A stretch of DNA of 32,909 nt from Betaproteobacteria bacterium. GTDB taxonomy: Bacteria > Pseudomonadota > Gammaproteobacteria > Burkholderiales > SHXO01. Where the stretch lies: contig JBDTMS010000001.1 in NCBI GenBank assembly GCA_039934195.1, positions 1 to 32,909 of the forward strand. The letters are read 5' to 3'. The notes beneath the pieces are model-generated. The model was not told the DNA's origin and did not search any database. It saw only the letters and a program-made list of their open reading frames with translations. The first letter of the stretch is position 1, and each line of letters starts with the position of its first letter. Positions 1-8,176 of this stretch are shown here, piece after piece. The translations under genes were made by a program, and so were the position numbers.

Positions 1-471
1 CGATGCTCGCCGATTGCGTGTTGCACAGGTTCAACGAGTCATTACTTTCAATCGTCTTACCGCTCGCTGCGAGAAAGCGATGCTCGCCAACTAGCCTGAA
101 CTTATCGGCCGGCGCACAGTCGATTTTGATATAGCTAACGACAACGCGCGGTGATATGCGATTGAAGAGGATTCTGCGGCTCAAGCGCGCTGCCATCGAC
201 GATCCTGGCGCTGCTATCTTCAGCACCTCGCTGCATGAACACTTCAGTGCGCTCGGTGGTCGTCTGTGCTGTGGAGGCAATACGGTGACCATATGGCCTA
301 CGCTCCAGGCGTTGACTCGCCGCGGTCGCCTCTATATGCCGATCATCGGGGAAACGTCACGCCGCTCGTTGAGGACGAGCCGAATACCTGGGGACCGCCC
401 ACAACGGAGAAAATCATCCCAGGCGCTGGCCGCTGGCGCGACCCCGCCTCGCAAGGACAACAGGAAACCAC

Positions 472-1563
472 ATGAAACCTACACAACAACTGCACGATCT
501 CGGCCAGCGCCTCTGGCTCGACAACATCACGCGCGGGCTTCTGACCAGCGGCACACTCAGCCGCTACATCAGCGAGTTTTCGTTGAGCGGACTCACTTCG
601 AATCCGACGATATTCGATCAAGCCATCAAGAATTCCGGATTCTACGACGAGGCCATCCGCCGGAAAGCCGCTGCCGGCAAGTCCGGCGAAGATCTGTTTT
701 TGGAATTGGCATTGGAGGATTTGACCCAGGCTGCGGATCTATTCCGCCCGATCCACGACGCCACCGACGGCATTGACGGATGGGTGTCGCTGGAGGTGTC
801 TCCTTTGCTGGCGAACGACACGGCCAGCACGATCAAAGAAGCGGTGCAACTTCACGCGCGAGGCAAACGCCCGAATCTTTTCATCAAGATTCCCGGTACT
901 CACGCCGGCGTTCCTGCAATCGAGGAGGCGATCTTTGCAGGTGTGCCGATCAATGTCACCTTGCTGTTCTCGTGCGAGCAGTACATTGCATCGGCCGAGG
1001 CGTATATGCGCGGGATCGAGCGGCGCATTGCCGCCGGCCTCGATCCGAAGGTGGATTCGGTGGCATCGCTTTTCGTCAGCCGCTGGGATGTTGCCGTAAA
1101 GGACCACGTTTCGGACAAGCTGCGCAACCGTCTCGGCATTGCCATCGGCATGCGTACGTACAAAGCGTACCGCGATGTGCTCGCCGCACCGCGCTGGCAG
1201 AAACTCGCCGGTTCGGGAGCCAGAGTGCAACGGTTGCTCTGGGCGAGCACCGGCACCAAAGATCCTGCAGCCTCGGACATTCTGTACATCGAGGCGCTGG
1301 CCGCTCCGGACACCATCAACACCATGCCCGAAAAGACGCTGCACGCTTTCGCCGATCACGGCGAGGTGAAGCGCATGTTGCCCGCCGATGGCGGCGATGC
1401 CGAAAAGGTGCTCGCCGAATTCAAGGAAGCGGGAATCGACGATGCGGCGATCGCCACGCAGCTTCAGCGCGAGGGCACACAGACTTTCGAGAAATCGTGG
1501 AAGGACCTGATGGACTGCATCGCATCGAAAAGCGCCGCGCTCGCGAAGGCGACGCCGGCATGA
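472..1563 (+). CDS. tal: Transaldolase (long, actinobacterial-type Tal, 363 aa)
   Basis: Full-length ORF. Contains the transaldolase motifs GLTSNPTIF and the NLFIKIPGT Schiff-base lysine region. AGGAAA lies upstream of the ATG. The stop overlaps the next ATG (ATGA). Confidence 0.95.
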   Translation: MKPTQQLHDLGQRLWLDNITRGLLTSGTLSRYISEFSLSGLTSNPTIFDQAIKNSGFYDEAIRRKAAAGKSGEDLFLELALEDLTQAADLFRPIHDATDGIDGWVSLEVSPLLANDTASTIKEAVQLHARGKRPNLFIKIPGTHAGVPAIEEAIFAGVPINVTLLFSCEQYIASAEAYMRGIERRIAAGLDPKVDSVASLFVSRWDVAVKDHVSDKLRNRLGIAIGMRTYKAYRDVLAAPRWQKLAGSGARVQRLLWASTGTKDPAASDILYIEALAAPDTINTMPEKTLHAFADHGEVKRMLPADGGDAEKVLAEFKEAGIDDAAIATQLQREGTQTFEKSWKDLMDCIASKSAALAKATPA

Positions 1564-1793
1564 GCAGCGTGCCGATGCCCGCGACTTCGTTACCGCATCG
1601 GTAACCGCTGACGCAGCGCCCGGCTTGGAAGGCGCTCGAACAACATTACCACACCATCTGCAATCTGCATTTGCGGCAATTGTTCGCGGACGATCCCCGG
1701 CGCGGCGAGCGCTTCACGGCTGAAGCCGCCGGTCTTTACCTCGATTACTCGAAGAACCGTGTCATGGACGAGACGCTGCGGCTGCTGCTGTTG
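1560..1793 (+). pseudogene. pgi: Glucose-6-phosphate isomerase N-terminal remnant, with an in-frame TAA at 1602-1604 and truncated after about 75 codons
   Basis: The frame starting at ATG 1560 reads [77 protein letters not shown]. This matches the conserved Pgi N-terminus (LTQ..AW.AL..H....L..LFA.D..R...F......DYSKN....ET). Similarity stops near 1793, and a full Pgi is about 550 aa. Confidence 0.75.
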
Positions 1794-1809
1794 ACCCACT
1801 CGACCATGA

Positions 1810-1977
1810 CAGCTCGACGAACACACTCATCCGGCGCTACCGCCGGTTCAAAGCGAGGTAGCCATCGAAATTGGCTATACCAGGCCGCTTTATCTTTTGC
1901 CGTTCGATCACCGCCACTCTTATTTGACCAGCATGTTCGACTTCAAGCCGCCGCTGAGTCGAGAACAGCATGCGTGA
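1810..1977 (+). pseudogene. N-terminal fragment of a DUF2090/IolC-associated aldolase-like protein
   Basis: Frame 1 reads ...[39 protein letters not shown]. The (G)Y..PLY.L.FDHR.S motif is what I recall from the N-terminus of DUF2090-type proteins. There is no start codon and the frame stops after about 55 codons. Confidence 0.4.
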
Positions 1978-2013
1978 CGCTCCAGCGGCAGCCTTCGAGA
2001 CTGGAGTGAGATC

Positions 2014-4098
2014 ATGATCGACGTATCTCAGCTTGACCAACTTTGCATCGATACGCTGCGCACGTTATCCATCGATGCCGTGCAGAAGGCGCGCTCCGGC
2101 CATCCGGGAACGCCGATGGACGCTGCGCCCACCGTGTACTGCTTGTGGCAGCGCTTCTTGCGCTACGATCCGGACGATCCCAACTGGCTGAACCGCGACC
2201 GCTTCGTCCTTTCGGTCGGGCACGCCTCGGCGTTGCTCTACAGTCTGCTCTATCTCTGCGGTGTCAAGGCGGCGAGCTCAACCTACGAGCGTCTCGACCG
2301 GCTCGCGGTGACGCTGGACGATATCAAAAACTTTCGCCAAGCCGGCAGCCGGTGCACAGGGCATCCTGAATATGGCTGGACCTCCGGCGTGGAGACGACC
2401 ACCGGGCCGCTCGGACAAGGCGTTGCAACGAGCGTCGGCATGGCGATCGCGCAACGCTGGCTGGCGTCAACGTATAACCGGCCCGGCTACGATCTATTCG
2501 ACTACAACGTGTATGCGTTGTGCGGCGACGGTGACATGATGGAAGGAATCAGCAGCGAAGCCGCGTCGCTTGCGGGTCATCTCAAGCTTGCCAATCTCTG
2601 CTGGATCTACGACGACAACCGCATCACCATCGAGGGTTCCACACGCATTGCTTTCAGCGAAGATGTGGCGGCGCGCTTTCTCAGTTACGGCTGGAACGTC
2701 ATTCGCATCGGCGATGCGAATGACCTGGAGATGCTGACTCGCAGCTACGAGAGGTTTCTGCACGTCGACGATCGCCCGACTTTGATCATCGTTCAGAGTC
2801 ACATCGGCTATGGCGCCCCTCACAAGCAGGACACACGAGCGGCACACGGCGAGGCGCTGGGTCTGGAAGAGGTGCGGCTGGCGAAAGAATTTTACGGCTG
2901 GAATCCTGATGCGCAGTTCTATGTGCCGGACGGCGTCCAGGCGCACTTCAGGGCGCAGTCGGGCAGTCGCGGTGCAACGCTTCGCACGGCATGGGAGAAG
3001 TCGTTTGCGGCGTATCGCAAACAATACCCGGATCTCGCCGATCAGCTCGGCTGCATGCAGCGGCGCGATGTGCCGGAAAGATGGGGCAGTGCTCTGCCGA
3101 CTTTCCCAACCGATGCGAAAGGCATCGCAACGCGGGACTCTTCGTCCAAAGTGCTGAACGCCATCGCCGAGAAGATGCCGTGGCTGCTCGGCGGCGCCGC
3201 AGACCTGGCGCCGTCGACCAAAACGCACTTGACCTTCGAATTCGCCGGCGAGTTTCAGGCGCCGGGCGCGGGCGGCGACTACCGCGGGCGCAATTTCCAC
3301 TTCGGCATTCGCGAGCATGCGATGTGCGCCATCGCGAGCGGACTGAGCCTGTCGAAGCTGCGCCCGTTTGCCGCCAGCTTTCTGATCTTCACCGACTACT
3401 GTCGCGGTGCGATCAGGCTCAGCGCGATGATGGCGCTTCCGGTGATCTATATTTGGACCCACGACTCGATCAGCATGGGCGAGGACGGACCGACACACCA
3501 ACCCATCGAGCAGCTTGCGTCATTTCGCGCGATGCCCGGCATGATCGTGCTGCGTCCGGCGGACGCGAACGAAGTGATCGAGGCCTGGCGCGTCATCATG
3601 CAGACCAAGGATCGTCCTGTCAGCCTGGTGTTGACGCGGCAGGCAGTGCCGACCTTGGACCGCACCAAGTATGCAGCGGCGAGCGGTGTTTCGCGCGGCG
3701 CTTACGTGCTTGCCGATGCTCCGGACCACCGGCCCGATGTGCTGCTGTTGGCGACAGGCAGCGAAGTTTCGCTCTGCGTGAGCGCTCATGAGCAATTGCA
3801 GGCGGAAGGCATCGACGCGCGCGTCGTCAGCATGCCTTCGTGGGAGTTGTTCGAGAATCAGACGCGGGAATACCGCGACAGCGTGCTGCCGCCGGAAGTA
3901 TCGGCGCGCGTCGCCGTCGAAGAGGCGTCCACCTTCGGTTGGGAACGCTATACCGGTTTCGACGGAACCATCCTCGGCCTGCACACCTTCGGATTGTCTG
4001 CGCCGATGAAGGTCGTCGCACAGCACTTCGGGTTCGAGCCCGCTCACGTGGTCGCCGCAGCCAAAGGACAAATTGCGCGCCACGCGGCGAAGACGTGA
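2014..4098 (+). CDS. tkt: Transketolase
   Basis: 694-aa ORF. Contains the RSGHPGTPM, LCGDGDMMEGIS (TPP-binding) and THDSISMGEDGPTHQPIE motifs. GGAG lies upstream of the ATG. Confidence 0.97.
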   Translation: MIDVSQLDQLCIDTLRTLSIDAVQKARSGHPGTPMDAAPTVYCLWQRFLRYDPDDPNWLNRDRFVLSVGHASALLYSLLYLCGVKAASSTYERLDRLAVTLDDIKNFRQAGSRCTGHPEYGWTSGVETTTGPLGQGVATSVGMAIAQRWLASTYNRPGYDLFDYNVYALCGDGDMMEGISSEAASLAGHLKLANLCWIYDDNRITIEGSTRIAFSEDVAARFLSYGWNVIRIGDANDLEMLTRSYERFLHVDDRPTLIIVQSHIGYGAPHKQDTRAAHGEALGLEEVRLAKEFYGWNPDAQFYVPDGVQAHFRAQSGSRGATLRTAWEKSFAAYRKQYPDLADQLGCMQRRDVPERWGSALPTFPTDAKGIATRDSSSKVLNAIAEKMPWLLGGAADLAPSTKTHLTFEFAGEFQAPGAGGDYRGRNFHFGIREHAMCAIASGLSLSKLRPFAASFLIFTDYCRGAIRLSAMMALPVIYIWTHDSISMGEDGPTHQPIEQLASFRAMPGMIVLRPADANEVIEAWRVIMQTKDRPVSLVLTRQAVPTLDRTKYAAASGVSRGAYVLADAPDHRPDVLLLATGSEVSLCVSAHEQLQAEGIDARVVSMPSWELFENQTREYRDSVLPPEVSARVAVEEASTFGWERYTGFDGTILGLHTFGLSAPMKVVAQHFGFEPAHVVAAAKGQIARHAAKT

Positions 4099-4124
4099 GC
4101 CTGGCGCCAGCTTTGATTACACGC

Positions 4125-4853
4125 TCACCCTTCGGTTTTGCCGGAGATCGTTTTGTCTATCAGCGAGGTTGTCGACGCGAGCGAATCGGAATCTGCGCAG
4201 TCCCAATATGCAGGGTCAAGCTCGTGGGCGTAACACGGCGGAGAAGCATACTCACGCGGTACGCGGCAATTACTATTTGCGAGGTCTATGTCGACGGAGG
4301 CATTCCTCTCGCACGCGTCGTGATCGCGGCCCTCGATGATTGCGCCGGCAAGCTCGAGGACCTGGCGCGAATCACGTTGGAGCTCGAGCCGGCCGTCATT
4401 CACGTAATGCACGCCGGCTTGCGTCACGATGAAATCCATGGGCACGTCGTGAGGCCGCGGATGAATAGTTGGTATCCTCGATAATTCAAATGCCACCCCA
4501 ATCTTGAGCGGCTGCGACGCCATGAGCGCGAGCGTTCGGTCGAAGTAGCCGCCGCCGTAGCCCAATCTGTAACCCTGTGCATCGAATCCAACCGGCGGCA
4601 TCAATAGTGCCCCGGGCGCGACGACCGGGGTTCCAACCGGAACCGGTAAATTGAACACTCCGTTCGTCGTCGCTACTCCCGGCCACCACTCACGAAATTG
4701 CAACGGCTCATTCTTCTGCAGCACCACCGGAAGCGCGGCTCTGGCGCCGCACTGTCTGAAGTGCCGTATCGCGAACCGCGGATCGAACTCGCCTCGATAG
4801 GGCCAGTAAAAGCCGATCGTCGTCCACTGCAGAACCGGGAAGCCTTCCACCAA
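4125..4853 (-). CDS. 5-formyltetrahydrofolate cyclo-ligase family protein. The N-terminal 40 codons (to ATG at 4973) are cut off by an in-frame TAG at 4893-4895, and there is a C-terminal extension of about 90 aa.
   Basis: GYRLGYGGGYFDRTL motif and FDPRFAI...LPVV core. The upstream in-frame sequence MAIPDDIRQWRTAQRAELITRRMATT*AQRHEWSQTITRLLVEGFP resembles the MTHFS N-terminus (E. coli YgfA begins MIRQRRRALTPEQQ). Confidence 0.8.
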   Translation of the reverse strand: MVEGFPVLQWTTIGFYWPYRGEFDPRFAIRHFRQCGARAALPVVLQKNEPLQFREWWPGVATTNGVFNLPVPVGTPVVAPGALLMPPVGFDAQGYRLGYGGGYFDRTLALMASQPLKIGVAFELSRIPTIHPRPHDVPMDFIVTQAGVHYVNDGRLELQRDSRQVLELAGAIIEGRDHDACERNASVDIDLANSNCRVPREYASPPCYAHELDPAYWDCADSDSLASTTSLIDKTISGKTEG

Positions 4854-5109
4854 CAGCCGCGTGATCGTCTGGCTCCATTCATGGCGCTGAGCCTATGTCG
4901 TGGCCATGCGGCGCGTGATGAGCTCCGCTCGCTGAGCTGTTCTCCATTGTCTGATGTCGTCCGGAATGGCCATAGCGATGTCCTTATAATGAATGTCTCC
5001 ATCAGCGGCAGGTGTTCTTCGCGCCCCAGTCAGCTCACACAAAAGAGAGCAGCCGCATTTCGTTCATCACTCGAACCCGCGGGCGTGACCGTGCGAGAGA
5101 CGCGCACGC

Positions 5110-5457
5110 TCAGGCGCTTGGTTTAGCATGCGCTTGATGCATCGCATCGATCGCGATTATTGAATGCGCGTAGGCCCCGCCTGCCCGCATCTCGGACGCA
5201 ACCCAAATCGCTTCCATGATCTCTTGTTCCGTCGCACCCTTTTGCAATGCGAGCTCGGTGTGGCCGCGGATGCAATAAGGACACTGAGTGACATGCGCCA
5301 CCGCAACCGCAATGAGCTGCTTGGTTTTCGACGACAACGCCCCATCGGCAAAGACGCGCTGGCTGAACGCGCGAAACGCGCCATAGATCTCCGGCGCGAG
5401 CTCTCTTCGTTTTTCCGCCAATTCTTTCGAAGCGTGCGGGTACATGTCTTGTGCCAT
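5110..5457 (-). CDS. Carboxymuconolactone decarboxylase / AhpD-like family protein
   Basis: 115 aa. Contains AhpD-core-like KTKQLIAVAVAHVTQCPYCIRGHT with a CxxC motif. Divergent from the MarR gene. Confidence 0.85.
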   Translation of the reverse strand: MAQDMYPHASKELAEKRRELAPEIYGAFRAFSQRVFADGALSSKTKQLIAVAVAHVTQCPYCIRGHTELALQKGATEQEIMEAIWVASEMRAGGAYAHSIIAIDAMHQAHAKPSA

Positions 5458-5633
5458 GGCGAGCGGTCCTCTTAGTCTGATCAGTCTTGTTCGTTTATCG
5501 GCTCTCGCGGCGCTGGCCGTTTCGTAGCAAATGGAACCTGCGGCCTAAGCGGGCAAGTATCTTTTCAAGAGCTTCGCAAACGCTAATGCGTTAATGTATG
5601 CGCCGCGCCTGTTTGCGTCGGTTCCCATTATTA

Positions 5634-5648
5634 TATCAAACTGTGATA
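5634..5648. promoter_or_regulatory. Palindrome TATCAA-ACT-GTGATA, a candidate MarR operator in the divergent ahpD-like/marR intergenic region
   Basis: Inverted repeat seen directly. It lies in an AT-rich patch immediately upstream of the marR ORF start (5650/5659). MarR-family proteins typically bind palindromes in their own promoters. Confidence 0.35.
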
Positions 5649-5649
5649 T

Positions 5650-6099
5650 ATGTTATTTATGACAAAACCAACAGCGTCGGTGCCCATCCGCAAAATGTCG
5701 AAAGCCGATTTCGAACGGCTTGCTAATTTTCGCTACCAGCTGCGTCGTTTCCTTCGCTTCAGCGAAGACGTCACGCGCAGGCAAGGAATAACTTCGCTGC
5801 AGTACTTGCTGATGTTGCAGATCAAGGGCTTTCCCGGCCGGGGATGGGCGACCGTAGGCGAGCTCGCCGAGCGCCTGCAGGCGCAGCATCACGGGGTCGT
5901 GTCGTTGATTTCGAGGTGCGAGGCAATCGGTTTTGTCGCACGCAGTATCGGCAGCAGCGACAGGCGCCAGGTGGAAATCAGGCTGACGAAAAAAGGCGAG
6001 CGATGCTTAGAGCAATTGGCTCGCCTTCATCGTATCGAGCTGCAGTCGTTTCAAGGCGAATTCGGTATGGCGGAGTTGACTGCGTTGCAGCCTCAGTAG
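5650..6099 (+). CDS. MarR family transcriptional regulator
   Basis: 149 aa. Winged-helix pattern (ITSLQYLLMLQI...ATVGELAERLQAQHHGVVSLISRCEAIGFV...SDRRQVEIRLTKKGE). An alternative ATG is at 5659. Confidence 0.85.
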   Translation: MLFMTKPTASVPIRKMSKADFERLANFRYQLRRFLRFSEDVTRRQGITSLQYLLMLQIKGFPGRGWATVGELAERLQAQHHGVVSLISRCEAIGFVARSIGSSDRRQVEIRLTKKGERCLEQLARLHRIELQSFQGEFGMAELTALQPQ

Positions 6100-6389
6100 G
6101 CCGAGTTAGTCTGAAGTAAGAATGCCTGACGACCTGATCCCTGACTAACTCGTAAGGACGCATATGCCGTTTGCGTCGTTTCGCGGAAGTCACCCCGCTG
6201 CACGATCTTCCATCGTCGCCACGCGCCTCACCGGCACCAGGCCGATTGGTGCGTCGGAGGAAATAGCATTGTGCCAGGCCATGATCGAGTCGATTGCGTT
6301 CTAATGGCCTATTATTCGGCTCGTATGCCGAATTGCTGCTGCACCGGTCTCGTGCGCCCTTAGTCAGCATCATAACGAGGAGAACGTAA

Positions 6390-6871
6390 ATGAACAGCAA
6401 GCCCCTCTGGGCGTCCATTGTCGTGCTTGCCACGGTCTCTTTATCGACGCTGGCTGAGGACGAGGGTTCCATCGCGTTTCCCGCCGGTTACCGCGACTGG
6501 TACCACCACCACAGCACCGTCAACCTGCAGGGCCACACGCCCGAAGGTGAGATCGGCATTCAAAACGTCATGCGAACCCGGCGGCGCGCGCAGGACTGCG
6601 CTCCGGCAGCTTCGCCGACGGCGCGATCTTCGTGGTCGATCGATTCGCCTCCAAAGACGAAGGCAACAACACCTTGAAGCAGGACGCACGCAAAGTCGTT
6701 GCGGTGATGCTGCGCGATCAAAAGCGCTTCAAGCAAACCGGCGGTTGGGGATTCCAGGCTTTCAAGGGCGGGGATGCGAAGATGCCTGTCGTGAAGGATG
6801 GGGGCGCTGCCTGTTTTACGTGCCACGTGCCGCACGCCGAGAACAATTTTTTGTTTACTCGCGGCGAGTAG
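6390..6871 (+). pseudogene. Cytochrome P460 family protein, split by a 1-nt frameshift near 6569/6570
   Basis: GAGGAG Shine-Dalgarno and signal peptide MNSKPLWASIVVLATVSLSTLA in frame 0. Frame 2 continues HANPAARAGLRSGSFADGAIFVVDRFASKDEGNN...TGGWGFQAF...ACFTCH (CxxCH heme motif). The junction GIQNV|ANPAA is continuous in the paralogue at 8297 (GIQNLYANPAA). Confidence 0.8.
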
Positions 6872-6927
6872 CCGTCAGCGTCAATGTGCCGACGCTTCGA
6901 TGTAATGTTTCGGTGCAATGTAACGGT

Positions 6928-6951
6928 GGCTGCGACGGGTTCGCTGCCTTT
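6928..6951 (+). terminator. Possible intrinsic terminator downstream of the P460 gene
   Basis: GGCTGCGA-CGGGT-TCGCTGCC hairpin (one mismatch) followed by TTT. The T-tract is weak. Confidence 0.3.
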
Positions 6952-6994
6952 CGCGTTCCACAGGCGCTGCCGATCTGCTTTTTTTGAATCGTCA

Positions 6995-7906
6995 TCAGGT
7001 GCGGTCCCAATACGGCTCCGGCCCGAACCGGTCTACTAGAAAGTCGATGAAGGCCCTCACCTTGGCGGACAGGTGCCGGTTGCGGAGGTACACGGTGTAG
7101 ATCTCGCGCTCCATAGCGACATATTCGGAAAGCACCGACTGCAGCCTTCCGTTTTGCAACTCCTGGCCGATGATGAAAGTCGGCAGCAGCGCCACACCGA
7201 GTCCGCCCAATACCGCTTGCGAAAGCGCCTCGTCGTCGTTGAGCCGCAAATTGCCCGATGCACGCACCGAGATGTCTCCAGACGGACCCTGGAAGCGCCA
7301 GGGGTCTTGCGGATTGAAGTATGTGTAAGTCAGGCAGTTGTGCTCCACCAGATCGTCAGGCGTACGAGGCACGCCGCGACGGGCGAAATATTCCGGGGTT
7401 GCGCATAGCTTCCGGTTCACCCCGGCGAGCTTGCGCGCCACTAGATTCTGCCCTGGATCTTTCGCAATCCGTATGGCCAGATCGTAGCCTTCCTCCGCAA
7501 GGTCGACGAAGCGATCGGTGATGATCATGTCGATGCTGACTTCCGGATAGCGGGCTAGAAATTCGGGCAAAGCCGGCGCGATATGCAACGTGCCGAAGGC
7601 CACCGAGGCACTGAGCTTAAGGACGCCGCGCGGCTGCGAATGCAGGCGTGCTACAGCGAGCTTGGCCTCTTCGAGCTCTTCGAGGGTGCGGGCGCAATGA
7701 TCGTAGAACACCGTGCCCGCTTCGATGAGGCTCTTGTTCCTCGTCGTGCGGTTCAGAAGCCGCGCGCCGAGCGATTTCTCGAGCTGGGTGACCTGCTTGC
7801 TCACCAGAGATTTGGATAGTCCAAGCCGACGCGACGCGGACGAAAAACCTTTCGCTTCGACCACCCGCACAAAGATCGCCATGCGTTCCAGATTTTCCAT
7901 AGCCAT
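6995..7906 (-). CDS. LysR family transcriptional regulator
   Basis: 303 aa. N-terminal HTH (FSSASRRLGLSKSLVSKQVTQLEKSLGARLLNRTTR) and a LysR substrate-binding domain. The second ATG at 7900 has better AAGGA spacing. Confidence 0.92.
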   Translation of the reverse strand: MAMENLERMAIFVRVVEAKGFSSASRRLGLSKSLVSKQVTQLEKSLGARLLNRTTRNKSLIEAGTVFYDHCARTLEELEEAKLAVARLHSQPRGVLKLSASVAFGTLHIAPALPEFLARYPEVSIDMIITDRFVDLAEEGYDLAIRIAKDPGQNLVARKLAGVNRKLCATPEYFARRGVPRTPDDLVEHNCLTYTYFNPQDPWRFQGPSGDISVRASGNLRLNDDEALSQAVLGGLGVALLPTFIIGQELQNGRLQSVLSEYVAMEREIYTVYLRNRHLSAKVRAFIDFLVDRFGPEPYWDRT

Positions 7907-8176
7907 CCTTTATCCGTTTCGTTGGAGTATGAAACAGTATCGTGCATCGCGGCCTACACTGCGATGTCCGCTCGCGCCGCTTCTGAGCGAGCACAAACCT
8001 CGTGAGGCGTGCTGGGCTAGCCGTGATGTTTCATGAAGACGTCCCCGAATTCCGCGAACGCCTCGATGCATGAGGGCTCGCGGGAAATCGAGCTGGGTAC
8101 AATCTATACCGCCGGACTACTCGGGTAGCAACCACAACCGAGCGATGCTTTTCTGTTCATTTGAAGGGAGGCGCGC

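Noticed and set aside
1-292. Minus-strand frame open to the left edge of the window (…MAARLSRRILFNRISPRVVVSYIKIDCAPADKFRLVGEHRFLAASGKTIESNDSLNLCNTQSASI).
   Set aside because: It may be the start of a gene extending beyond the window. However, GC3 is lower than in confirmed genes, there is no recognisable family and the start is unclear. That is not enough to call a feature.
1602-4895. In-frame TAA (pgi) and TAG (MTHFS) considered as possible recoding events: pyrrolysine, stop-codon reassignment or programmed read-through.
   Set aside because: All other genes in the window terminate normally at TGA, TAA or TAG at the expected positions. Pgi is additionally truncated, and no Pyl machinery or recoding signals are visible. 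A pseudogene or a sequence error is the simpler explanation.
6103-6151. 9-bp inverted repeat GAGTTAGTC-N31-GACTAACTC just after the marR stop.
   Set aside because: The loop is too large and there is no T-tract for an intrinsic terminator, and there are no other copies in the window. Noted only.
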